A stretch of 31,618 nucleotides of DNA from Candidatus Micrarchaeota archaeon (GTDB taxonomy: Archaea; Micrarchaeota; Micrarchaeia; Anstonellales; Bilamarchaeaceae). The position numbers were made by a program, and so were the translations under genes. This document shows, one piece after another, positions 8,841 to 17,558 of the stretch (positions within the stretch are counted from its first letter, which is position 1; each line of letters starts with the position of its first letter). The notes beneath the pieces are model-generated. The model worked only from the letters and a program-made list of their open reading frames with translations. It made no database searches and was not told the origin of the DNA. The DNA lies in assembly GCA_018304385.1 (NCBI GenBank), contig JAGVWJ010000023.1:1-31618 (forward strand), given 5' to 3'.

Positions 8841-9107
8841 ATGGGAAACATCATGATTTCAGTAGATGAAGAAAAAGAAAATACAATACGACACTATGCA
8901 CAAGAGATCTCGGGGGGGAAGAAAGGATCATTGAGTGAGTTTATATGGATTACAGTCTCTCACTATATCGAAGAATTTAAACAAAAACACGAAAAAGAAG
9001 CCTCCTTTAAGAGAATGATAGAACGAATGAAGCATGCTAAAAAATTAGGAATTTTAAATAGAGAAGGAAAGGCGTATTCTTCAAGAGATGAGTTGTATGA
9101 ACGGTAA
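8841..9107 (+). CDS. Ribbon-helix-helix antitoxin (VapB-like)
   Basis: MGNIMISVDEEKENTIRHYA...KGSLSEFI strand-helix-helix pattern; overlaps the PIN gene start. Confidence 0.7.
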   Translation: MGNIMISVDEEKENTIRHYAQEISGGKKGSLSEFIWITVSHYIEEFKQKHEKEASFKRMIERMKHAKKLGILNREGKAYSSRDELYER

Positions 9108-9531
9108 CCATTTACTTATTGACACTAACATTTTGATATATTCAGAAACCAATGATGAAAAAGAGAAACACGACATGGTTATCCTAGCTCTAGAAAGAAT
9201 AAAAACACAAGGAGATATTTTAACGATTAGTATCCAAAATATAAATGAATTTTCAAATAATATGATTAAAAAAAGTAAGCTAAGCGATTCTTCTATTAAT
9301 GAGATTATAACAAGTTATCAATCTACTTTTAGTTTGATCTTTTTTAATTTAGAAACAATCAGGGAAGCAAACAGAATTTCTAGGGCAACCGGTATTCATT
9401 TTTATGATGCGTTACTTACAGCTACTATGCATGAAAATGGTATTGATACGATTATTACCGAGAATGAAAAGGATTTTCAGAAGATCCCATGGCTAAAAGT
9501 TATAAACCCATTTAAAAATGAGATAAAATAG
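9097..9531 (+). CDS. vapC: PIN-domain ribonuclease toxin (VapC family)
   Basis: LIDTNILI, INEF, FYDALL and TENEKDF acidic catalytic set intact. Confidence 0.9.
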   Translation: MNGNHLLIDTNILIYSETNDEKEKHDMVILALERIKTQGDILTISIQNINEFSNNMIKKSKLSDSSINEIITSYQSTFSLIFFNLETIREANRISRATGIHFYDALLTATMHENGIDTIITENEKDFQKIPWLKVINPFKNEIK

Positions 9532-9533
9532 AA

Positions 9534-9556
9534 ATATCTTAGAATTTCTAAGATAT
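9534..9556. repeat. Perfect 11-bp inverted repeat ATATCTTAGAA-T-TTCTAAGATAT
   Basis: Seen directly, immediately after the vapC stop; could be an operator or a hairpin. Confidence 0.7.
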
Positions 9557-9576
9557 AGTAAGAATAAGGTGTATAA

Positions 9577-9801
9577 ATGAACCTTTTAGAATATTTTTTC
9601 AGTTTTTTCAAAGGGAAACCCAAAACAAAGGAAGAAGAATTAAAAGATAAGATATGGCACATTGAAGTAAAACGAGCAGAAGTAATGTTAAAGCTAGCTA
9701 GAGAAAAAGAGAAACATGATCCTGATATTCTTAGAATCGATAAATACGAACAGGAGCTTGCTGTTTTAGATACTAAGTTAAGTGAAATTCAAAGTAAATG
9801 A
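9577..9801 (+). CDS. Small coiled-coil hypothetical protein
   Basis: AAGGTG SD; heptad-like charged helices. Confidence 0.6.
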   Translation: MNLLEYFFSFFKGKPKTKEEELKDKIWHIEVKRAEVMLKLAREKEKHDPDILRIDKYEQELAVLDTKLSEIQSK

Positions 9802-9870
9802 AAATATTAATAAGTTGCTAAATAAGGTAAAAAACGTTATGTTTAAATAGATGAAATATACAATTAGTAT

Positions 9871-10470
9871 ATGGTCAAATACATCGCAGTGCCAAATCCC
9901 TCGCAGAAAAAAGGTAGATTTACCCCTTTATTACTAACAACTGGAAAATTACCTATATCTGAAGGCATTATAGAATCTGCAGGAAGAACGTTTGTTGTAA
10001 GAAGATATTTTAGGGAGATACCGGATGAACTCAAACCAACAATTACAGAAGATGTGCACGGGTTATTAGTTTGTGAAAGCATGCCAAATATATTAATAGC
10101 TATAAGATTATTGCATTCTGATCGTCAAACAAAATATCTTTATCTTAATGAATTAACTTCAGAGGGCATAGAAATAAATTTCGGATACTTGTGCTTCCGA
10201 GTAAGAGAAAATGATCTGCATATAAGAGATTATGATCCACTTGAACCAAGAAGGGGGTTTAGTTCCGAGGGTGCTTTTAGAACCTATGGAGAAGATCTTG
10301 AACTAACAAGATTTGTGTTGGATCTATTTGCAGATATCGCCAAATCAGTTTATGGAAGATATAGGTTAACAAATACTTATCCATATCCAAATGAAGCAAA
10401 TAGATTTTTAGGGTCTGGGTTTAGAGAAGAGATGCAAGGACATGATCTAGTTTGGGTAAGGCACATATAA
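9871..10470 (+). CDS. Hypothetical protein, possibly a degenerate GNAT fold in the C-terminal half
   Basis: FGYLCFRV..DLHIRD strands, LTRFVLDLFADIAK helix and NRFLGSGFRE resemble GNAT motifs A/B. Confidence 0.4.
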   Translation: MVKYIAVPNPSQKKGRFTPLLLTTGKLPISEGIIESAGRTFVVRRYFREIPDELKPTITEDVHGLLVCESMPNILIAIRLLHSDRQTKYLYLNELTSEGIEINFGYLCFRVRENDLHIRDYDPLEPRRGFSSEGAFRTYGEDLELTRFVLDLFADIAKSVYGRYRLTNTYPYPNEANRFLGSGFREEMQGHDLVWVRHI

Positions 10471-10720
10471 AGTATTTATTCTAAACCGCACCATAGTAAA
10501 CCAAATGCATGCGTCATTTACCATTACGGTAAACCAAACCTAGTTACCCTAACACCATTTTCATCTATCGGTTTACCATTACAGTATTGATTGGCCTTTT
10601 TGTGCACTGAAAGCAAGGTTAAGCGGTGCAAATAGGTTAAAAGATTGGAATTGGCTAGTTTTGGGGTATTTTGAGTATATCATTATGGTATAAATTTACT
10701 TAGGGTTTACTGTGAAGATG

Positions 10721-11176
10721 TTATTTTGTCTCCTTTACTAAGTCAATTAACTCATCGTGAATTTTCTTGCGCGAAGAGTCGGTCCAAAAGAATTGGCTTC
10801 CTATTAGTATCGCATATACTGATAAAATAGCGCCAATAATCGAAATAGCACCTAAAATATTACTATAACTAGTCCAAAATACAGCCGACAGAATACCTGT
10901 AATAGAGACGAGTGTTCCAAAAATTAAATACCCAGTTCTAATATGGTGGAAAGTTAAATAATAGAATCCGTTGCTTTTTTCAATTTTTATTCCATAGAGA
11001 GCTAATCTTAAGTAATTTAGTAGGCGGCCACTTTCTAATTTTTTAACTACAATATAATTTTCACCTTTATACCTTTGCCGTTCAACTGAATAGTATCTCT
11101 CTTTTAGTTCTTTTTCAAATCTAGTAAATTCACTTTCTGAAAACTTTATTTCTTTATAATATTCTAAGAAACCCAT
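10721..11176 (-). CDS. Membrane protein with two C-terminal TM helices
   Basis: Two hydrophobic segments (GYLIFGTLVSITGILSAVFW; ILGAISIIGAILSVYAILIG). Confidence 0.7.
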   Translation of the reverse strand: MGFLEYYKEIKFSESEFTRFEKELKERYYSVERQRYKGENYIVVKKLESGRLLNYLRLALYGIKIEKSNGFYYLTFHHIRTGYLIFGTLVSITGILSAVFWTSYSNILGAISIIGAILSVYAILIGSQFFWTDSSRKKIHDELIDLVKETK

Positions 11177-11329
11177 ATTAACCACACAGCAATTTTCAAA
11201 TTATCTTGCGCTTCTTTCTTTAAATATCTATCTAAATATTTTCATCCCTCGCATACGCGCACCTAGCCTCTTGCCCCGCAATCACGAGTGAAAGACCCGT
11301 TTCCTCAAATCCTTTTAGAAATTCTTAAA

Positions 11330-11485
11330 TTATTCTTTTAGTTCAGATTCTTTATACCTGTTATCACAGGATTTACAAAAATATAAGTTTTCACAAGTTG
11401 TTTCTTTTGTTTTAATATTCATAAATTCTGCAAAACCAACTTCCTCAAGTTCTTTTTTGCATTTTGGGCATATTTTGTTCTTCAT
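11330..11485 (-). CDS. 51-aa Zn-finger microprotein (not in ORF track)
   Basis: GGGTGGTG SD; MKNKICPKCKKELEEVGFAEFMNIKTKETTCENLYFCKSCDNRYKESELKE*. Confidence 0.7.
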   Translation of the reverse strand: MKNKICPKCKKELEEVGFAEFMNIKTKETTCENLYFCKSCDNRYKESELKE

Positions 11486-11861
11486 AACACCACCCAGCTT
11501 TAATCGTTTACCCCTAAATTCTTTCCTTCAACCGAATAATTTCTTTCTTTTCCTCCCCACATACCTGGCCTCTCGCCCCTAAGTCTGTCTCCAGTTCAGG
11601 GTTTTGGGTCTTGTTTCTAAGATATTATTAGGAATTCTAACAATTACTTATAAACTAGCTCTTTCAAAACAGTCTTTTCTCTTTTCATGATCTCTTCGAA
11701 TAGCTGATCAACGTAAACTTTGTTATCTTTCTTTCTAATATTTTATCAACAATGAAAATCTGACTATTAAATATTTATGCTTTTCTATCGCAATCATAAA
11801 ATTAGAACAAATAAAATAAAAAAATAAGAAAAAAAAGAATCCATCATCTAAATGAATAGAA

Positions 11862-12014
11862 TCAGTATCTTGGTTTTGGTTTATAACAATTTTTGCAGTA
11901 TACTGGTCTTCCTTCCGTTGGTTTGAAAGGTACCTGGCATGCTTGCCCACATTTTGCGCATGTTGCGTCGTACATTGGTCGATCGCCGCCACCGCCTCTA
12001 TCTTCATATCCCAT
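11862..12014 (-). CDS. CxxC-x17-CxxC domain microprotein, copy 1 (50 aa; not in ORF track)
   Basis: AAGGTG SD; MGYEDRGGGGDRPMYDATCAKCGQACQVPFKPTEGRPVYCKNCYKPKPRY*; exactly 17 residues between the CxxC pairs. Confidence 0.9.
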   Translation of the reverse strand: MGYEDRGGGGDRPMYDATCAKCGQACQVPFKPTEGRPVYCKNCYKPKPRY

Positions 12015-12188
12015 ATTTTATACACCTTATTCATTTGTTTTAGTAAATCTTTAGATTTACCGCTTACCTAATTATTATTATCGTCTATATTTAATCTTTT
12101 CTATATACTCATAGGCATGTTAAATTCATTTTCTAATATCATTTTATCTTTTCTAAGATATATCTATAATATTACTTCTGCTGAGAGA

Positions 12189-12701
12189 TTATTTGTGAGT
12201 TATACTACTTAATATCTCCTTCACATTTATATGACAATATCCCATACCTCCACGTTTTTCTAGATATTTCTGATGATACTCTTCTGCTTTATAGAATTCT
12301 TTTGCAGGTTGAATCGTAGTAGCGACTTGGCCACCGAGTTTTTTATTTATTTCCTCTTTTGATTTTTCTGCAACCTTTTTCTGTTCAGATGTATGATAGA
12401 ATATTGCTGCATAATATTGCGTTCCTATATCGTTTCCTTGTCCATCTGCTTGCGAAGGATGATGTGCTATCCAAAATACATCAAGTAATTTATCGTAGCT
12501 GGTTTCTTTAGGGTCGAATTTTATTTGTATTGCCTCAACATGGCCTGTTTTACCAGTGCACACTTCCTCATAAGTTGGGTTTTTTGCACTCCCACCAGTG
12601 TAGCCAACAACTGTTTCTTTAACGCCTTTTATTTGCCTAAATAATTCTTCTACTCCCCAAAAACAACCTGCACCGAACGTTGCAGTTTCTAGTTTTTTCA
12701 T
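12189..12701 (-). CDS. msrA: Peptide methionine sulfoxide reductase A
   Basis: GAGCFWGVE, NPTYEEVC..TGHVE and AEEYHQKY motifs. Confidence 0.95.
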   Translation of the reverse strand: MKKLETATFGAGCFWGVEELFRQIKGVKETVVGYTGGSAKNPTYEEVCTGKTGHVEAIQIKFDPKETSYDKLLDVFWIAHHPSQADGQGNDIGTQYYAAIFYHTSEQKKVAEKSKEEINKKLGGQVATTIQPAKEFYKAEEYHQKYLEKRGGMGYCHINVKEILSSITHK

Positions 12702-12752
12702 AAAAGTATGACGTCGATTACATTTAAAAGATATTACTTTTGAATTCTAAAC

Positions 12753-13319
12753 ATGTTCTCATTATCTCTATCGAATACAATTATTATCATATTAGTTATT
12801 TCTTTTGCAATTCAGCAAATATCCCAAGACTACGCTAATACACTAACATTCTCGGTACTGCGCACATTTACTGAGCCATGGCGCCTTGTAACTGCTATTT
12901 TTCTTCATGCACATATTATCCACTTATTTGCTAATACATATAGCCTCTACCTAATAGGGAATGCACTAGAAACGAAAATAAAAAAAATAGACCTATTGAA
13001 GATATTTTTTATTGGCGGTATTATAGGTTACATAAGACAATGGGCATTCTATAAATTAAACTATTCAACCGTGATATTAGGGTTGGGTTCGAGCGGCGCG
13101 GTTTCTCCGCTTCTTGCTTCAGCAGGATTATTAATGCCAGAAACTAAAGTAAATGTATTTTTTATACCAATAAAAATTAAGTACTTAGTAATAATATTTT
13201 ACGTATTTGAAATTATTGCATTCGCAATAGGAGATACTACAACTGATCATGAAACGCATTTAGTAACTGGCTTATTTGGTGTTATATACACTAGATTATT
13301 CTTGTGGAAACAAAGGTAA
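12753..13319 (+). CDS. Rhomboid family intramembrane serine protease
   Basis: EPWRLVTAIFLH..HLFAN, GSSGA (catalytic Ser) and C-terminal TH (catalytic His); some consensus positions are diverged. Confidence 0.85.
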   Translation: MFSLSLSNTIIIILVISFAIQQISQDYANTLTFSVLRTFTEPWRLVTAIFLHAHIIHLFANTYSLYLIGNALETKIKKIDLLKIFFIGGIIGYIRQWAFYKLNYSTVILGLGSSGAVSPLLASAGLLMPETKVNVFFIPIKIKYLVIIFYVFEIIAFAIGDTTTDHETHLVTGLFGVIYTRLFLWKQR

Positions 13320-13916
13320 TTATTTATAATTCTTAGCAACCTGTTCCCAGTTTATAACGCTAAAAAATGCCGATATATATTCAGGTCTGCGGTTTTGATA
13401 TTTTAAATAATATGCATGCTCCCACACATCTATCCCTAAAATTGGTTTTTTGCCTTGACTTAGTGGACTATCTTGATTAGGAGTAGTAACAATTTCGAGC
13501 GTAGCATTATTTAAAACAAGCCAAGCCCATCCGCTTCCAAAAACGCTAGCAGCAGCGTTGCTAAATTTCTCTTTGAACTGATCGTAGCCCCCAAATGTTT
13601 TATTTAATAACTCTGCAATCTCTCCATTTGGTAAACCAGCATCTTTCTTTAAAAGTGGCCAAAAAAATGAATGATTTATATGTCCGCCACCGTGATTTTT
13701 TACAGCATTGTGAATATCTTCTGGCGCGCTACTTAGATTGCGCAACAAATCTTCAAGATTTTTATTATGTAATTCTGAATGTTTATCAAGTGCTTCATTT
13801 AGCTTATTTACATATGTTTGATGATGCTTAGTATGATGTATTTCCATAGTTTTTGCATCTATATATGGCTCTAATGCATCGTAGGCATAGCCTAATTCCG
13901 GTAATTTATATGTCAT
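13320..13916 (-). CDS. sod: Mn/Fe superoxide dismutase (Mn-type signature)
   Basis: [25 protein letters not shown] and DVWEHAYY motifs. Confidence 0.95.
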   Translation of the reverse strand: MTYKLPELGYAYDALEPYIDAKTMEIHHTKHHQTYVNKLNEALDKHSELHNKNLEDLLRNLSSAPEDIHNAVKNHGGGHINHSFFWPLLKKDAGLPNGEIAELLNKTFGGYDQFKEKFSNAAASVFGSGWAWLVLNNATLEIVTTPNQDSPLSQGKKPILGIDVWEHAYYLKYQNRRPEYISAFFSVINWEQVAKNYK

Positions 13917-14009
13917 ATTTATCCACCCCTTTTTTATAAGAAAAAGTGAATTATTCTAACAGGTAATATTTATAAAAACTTCTTAAACCCTTTCACACAG
14001 ATTTTTACT

Positions 14010-14888
14010 ATGGAATTAAACGAATTTAAAGAATGGTTAGCTAGTTATACTGATGCAGATAGATGCCTAGAAGCATTTTATAATCAAAAGGAATTTTTTC
14101 GAGTTAATACAATTAAAACCCCTGTTGAAAAATTTCTTGAGATAACCAAATTAAAGTGCGATCAAAGCAAATATTGCACAGAAGCATTTGAACTTAAAGA
14201 AGAAGAAAATTATGCTATAGGTAAAACATGGGAGTATTTTCTAGGTTATATCTACCCCCAGAGTTTAAGTTCAATTTTAGTATCCTTAGTCCTTGGTCCA
14301 AAATCAGATAACATAATTCTTGACGTTGCAGCTGCGCCTGGTTCTAAGTTCTCGCATATTGCTGCATTAATGCAAAATAATAGATTATTAGTTGGAAACG
14401 ACTTAAAGAAAGAGAAAATATCTGCACTTTATTCAACAATTAATCGATTAAATATACTCAATTGTATTACAACTATCAGAGATGGGAGTAGATTAAATTG
14501 GCGAGAAAGATTTGATAAAGTACTTTTGGATGCACCATGTACAGCTCTTGGTAGTGGAGAAGGTGCATTAAATCGTTGGACCTTGGATCACTCCAAGAAA
14601 ATATCTACACTACAAAAAAGGATGCTATTTAGCGCTTTTGATGCATTAAAACCAGGTGGAGAATTGATTTATTCTACCTGTACTTACGCAAAGGAAGAGA
14701 ACGAGGAAGTAGTAAGTAATCTATTACAAAATGTTCAAAGTGCAAAATTATTAGATATTAAACTGGATATTCCGCACGATTCTGGTTTAAGCGAGTATGG
14801 AAACGAATTCAGAAAATGTTATAGGATTTATCCACAGCATCTGCAGAGTGAGGGATTTTTTATTGCTAAAATAGGGAAAGGAGATTGA
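14010..14888 (+). CDS. RsmB/NOP (NOL1/NOP2/sun) RNA m5C methyltransferase
   Basis: LDVAAAPGSK, LLDAPCT and YSTCT motifs with both catalytic Cys. Confidence 0.9.
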   Translation: MELNEFKEWLASYTDADRCLEAFYNQKEFFRVNTIKTPVEKFLEITKLKCDQSKYCTEAFELKEEENYAIGKTWEYFLGYIYPQSLSSILVSLVLGPKSDNIILDVAAAPGSKFSHIAALMQNNRLLVGNDLKKEKISALYSTINRLNILNCITTIRDGSRLNWRERFDKVLLDAPCTALGSGEGALNRWTLDHSKKISTLQKRMLFSAFDALKPGGELIYSTCTYAKEENEEVVSNLLQNVQSAKLLDIKLDIPHDSGLSEYGNEFRKCYRIYPQHLQSEGFFIAKIGKGD

Positions 14889-14889
14889 T

Positions 14890-15318
14890 ATGGGCTTAGG
14901 AAAAAGAGAAGAAAACTTTAAGCGATATATAAAGAATCATTTCGAAATGCAATTACCGCCAGAGGTTAGCTTATTTTATGTTCGAGGAGTCAGAGTAGGG
15001 AAGAATGAACTCATTAAAAGCAAAATAAATGGCGAACTAGGTTACGCAGCGTGTGACGCTGGTTTTAATCCAACAAATTCATTTATTCAGAATTTTGGAT
15101 ATTTGGCTAAGAAAAACGTTGTTAGAGTAAAAGAAAAAGAAGCCAAAGAATTCGCCAATGGAAAGGATTTGAAGATGGATCTGGGAATTAAAAATAAATA
15201 TATTATTGTTAAATACGGTTGGCATATTGTTGGGTTAGGGTATTATGACCACGATCAGAAAAAGATAATAAATAAAATCCCTGAAAAAAGGAGACGAGAA
15301 ATAATTAATGAAATCTAG
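14890..15318 (+). CDS. NOL1/NOP2/fmu-associated PUA-like protein
   Basis: Directly coupled to the methyltransferase; FNPTNSFIQ..G..A.KNVV and EFANGKDL pattern resembles the RsmF C-terminal PUA region. Confidence 0.65.
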   Translation: MGLGKREENFKRYIKNHFEMQLPPEVSLFYVRGVRVGKNELIKSKINGELGYAACDAGFNPTNSFIQNFGYLAKKNVVRVKEKEAKEFANGKDLKMDLGIKNKYIIVKYGWHIVGLGYYDHDQKKIINKIPEKRRREIINEI

Positions 15319-15330
15319 ATAATCACCAAA

Positions 15331-15723
15331 TTATTTTTCTGGCAAATATTCAACACCAGACAATTTTTCAAAAGCTGGATCGCATGTAACAAATTTTAGG
15401 TTATTTTCTAAGGCATATTGATACCCTATAGCATCTACGTAAGATACGTTAAAGGCCTTTCCAGTTACTTTTTTTCCATAAAGTTCTAATCTTTTCTTCA
15501 TTGCATTTTTCAAAGTTTTTTCCGGCACAACAACCTCATAATGTGCGAATACTTCATAATATTTTTCAGCCTGTTCTTCATTATGCTCTCTAAGTGATAT
15601 GTAGTATAGTTCCATTAGTTGAAATTTAGTAACGAAAAACGGTTTACCGCTTTCTACAATATTTACATATTTTGGATCATTTTCAAAATAACCAATCATA
15701 ATACAAGTATCTAAAAAATACAT
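15331..15723 (-). CDS. vapC: PIN-domain toxin (VapC family)
   Basis: FLDTC, LMELY, YVDAIG and TCDPAF motifs; ATG overlaps the antitoxin stop (TAATG). Confidence 0.9.
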   Translation of the reverse strand: MYFLDTCIMIGYFENDPKYVNIVESGKPFFVTKFQLMELYYISLREHNEEQAEKYYEVFAHYEVVVPEKTLKNAMKKRLELYGKKVTGKAFNVSYVDAIGYQYALENNLKFVTCDPAFEKLSGVEYLPEK

Positions 15724-15935
15724 TAATCCCACCCCTCGTCTATTTCCCTCATTAACTCTAACATAGACTTTTTTGTTTTAAAAGTACCCTTAAGTTCTTT
15801 TAGCTCAGGAATTACCATAATGTCTACATGAAGCATCTTATTCTCATTAATCTTTAGTTCATCTGCTTTCTCTTTTGGTATAAGTATAGCCCAAGAATTA
15901 CCTACTCTCCTAGCGCGTGTATGTATATCGATCAT
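15723..15935 (-). CDS. AbrB/MazE-type antitoxin
   Basis: RARRVGNSWAILIPKEKADELKI swapped-hairpin motif. Confidence 0.85.
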   Translation of the reverse strand: MIDIHTRARRVGNSWAILIPKEKADELKINENKMLHVDIMVIPELKELKGTFKTKKSMLELMREIDEGWD

Positions 15936-15944
15936 TTAACCACC

Positions 15945-15958
15945 TGTATAATTATACA
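15945..15958. promoter_or_regulatory. Perfect 14-bp palindrome TGTATAATTATACA, a candidate TA autoregulation operator
   Basis: Seen directly, 10 bp upstream of the antitoxin ATG in the gap divergent with the MGMT gene. Confidence 0.6.
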
Positions 15959-15998
15959 ATATGTTAAATTTATAAAGGTTTGTTTCAAATATAAGGAT

Positions 15999-16310
15999 AT
16001 GAAACCTACAAAATTTCAATTAGAAGTCTGGCGCGCATGCGCAAAAATCCCTAGAGGTAAAGTATCTACTTATACACAAATTGCTAAAGCAATAGGTAAA
16101 CCAAAGGCTGTGCGAGCTGTTGGTAATGCATTAAATAAAAATCCTTATTCTTATATCTCCAAAACGGGAAACTCGAAACTGGAAACAATGCGTGTGCCTT
16201 GCCATCGAGTAATAAAAAGTGACGGATCGGTTGGGGGGTTTGCACATGGAACTAAGAAAAAGATTGAAATGTTAAAAAAAGAAGGAATGGTAAATTATAT
16301 AAACCACTAA
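15999..16310 (+). CDS. ogt: MGMT family (O6-alkylguanine-DNA alkyltransferase), C-terminal domain only
   Basis: IPRGKVSTY, RAVGNAL and PCHRV active-site motif; ATG 15999 after AAGGA. Confidence 0.9.
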   Translation: MKPTKFQLEVWRACAKIPRGKVSTYTQIAKAIGKPKAVRAVGNALNKNPYSYISKTGNSKLETMRVPCHRVIKSDGSVGGFAHGTKKKIEMLKKEGMVNYINH

Positions 16311-16376
16311 TAACAGTAAGTTAATATGCAGATAATCACAAAGGTACCTTCTGTCATCAAAAAAGGAGATCAGATA

Positions 16377-16565
16377 ATGAAAGGAGAAAAAAAGGATTAC
16401 GCATTATTAGACATCATACCTGGAGTGAGTCTAAACTTAGGCACTTGGAACGCTCCAAAATGGTACGGATATAAAATAGTGAAGACATTTAAAAGTGAAA
16501 AGGAAGCAAAAGAATATGCAAAAGAGAATAAAATAGAGATTACTACCAGAGCATTCTTTGATTAA
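16377..16565 (+). CDS. Small hypothetical protein (~62 aa)
   Basis: AGGAG SD before ATG 16377; no family recognised. Confidence 0.5.
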   Translation: MKGEKKDYALLDIIPGVSLNLGTWNAPKWYGYKIVKTFKSEKEAKEYAKENKIEITTRAFFD

Positions 16566-17524
16566 GCTCCAATCTCCTTCTTAATTTTCAATAAGGCATC
16601 TAATCTCTTATAAGTAAGCGGATGCGTCATAATCAGTTCAAATCCGCCTTTTTTCTTCTCATTTGCTATTGCACTTGCAATATCTTTCTCATTACCTGCA
16701 CTAATTAGATTAACAATTTCGCTAGCAAAAGAAGCCTCGCTTGCCGAAGCATTGGAGAAGTAAAATGCCTTAACCATTCCTTCTGCATTCCCTTTTGAAT
16801 GCGCAGAAACATAGCTAATTTTCGCTAAAGCAGTCATTAAATGCAATGGTTTACGTGTTGCGTGTGCAGCAAATACATCTGCATAATACTCTCTTGATCT
16901 AGATACCCACATTACGAGTAACTGTCCTAAAAACTGTGCGATAAATGCACCTATCCATACTAAAAAGAAATTTCCACCTCTTCGATCATCTCTACCGCCA
17001 AATAAAATTACTGCATAATATAAAATAACTGGTATAACACTTGCAACTGTCATTACTACAACATCCCTGTGCTTGATATGCCCCATTTCATGTGCAAGTA
17101 CGCCTTCTACTTCTTCTTTATTTAGTATCTTAAGTAAGCCAACGTGAATTGCAATGCCTGCATCGCTTTGTGTTCTGCCAAATGCAAATGCATTAGGTGT
17201 GGGATTATTTACAACATAAAGTTTTGGTTTTGGGATATTTGCAATACGTGCAAAGTGTTCAATCATCTGATGGATCTCTGGCGCATGCTCGATAGAAAGT
17301 TCTTTTGCACCAGTAGCCCATTTAATTATCGATGGGCCTAGATACCATTGAATACCGAGCATTAATATTGAGAATAATAACCACATAAAAACTGCATTTG
17401 TGCCGCTAATGCCGCTTGAATAAAGGACCATACCCATAATTGCTGCGATAGTTCCAAAAATTAAAATGCTGGTTAACATTATTCTTAGATTCAAGTTACC
17501 TGTACTCGGAAAAGATAATCCCAT
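16562..17524 (-). CDS. htpX: Zinc metalloprotease HtpX
   Basis: PNAFAFG, HEMGH, SRSREYYAD and THP motifs with TM segments. Confidence 0.92.
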   Translation of the reverse strand: MGLSFPSTGNLNLRIMLTSILIFGTIAAIMGMVLYSSGISGTNAVFMWLLFSILMLGIQWYLGPSIIKWATGAKELSIEHAPEIHQMIEHFARIANIPKPKLYVVNNPTPNAFAFGRTQSDAGIAIHVGLLKILNKEEVEGVLAHEMGHIKHRDVVVMTVASVIPVILYYAVILFGGRDDRRGGNFFLVWIGAFIAQFLGQLLVMWVSRSREYYADVFAAHATRKPLHLMTALAKISYVSAHSKGNAEGMVKAFYFSNASASEASFASEIVNLISAGNEKDIASAIANEKKKGGFELIMTHPLTYKRLDALLKIKKEIGA

Positions 17525-17558
17525 TTAACCAAACCTCCCCCTATGGCAATTCTAATAA

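Noticed and set aside
11735-12034. 99-aa track ORF on the minus strand
   Set aside because: Wrong frame; it overlaps the SD-led CxxC-x17-CxxC gene at 11862-12014.
13086-13092. GGTTCGA T-loop-like motif (also at 27310)
   Set aside because: Both lie inside well-supported CDSs with no cloverleaf; not tRNAs.
12753-13319. Rhomboid as a pseudogene
   Set aside because: Several consensus positions are diverged, but the frame is intact and the catalytic Ser and His are present.
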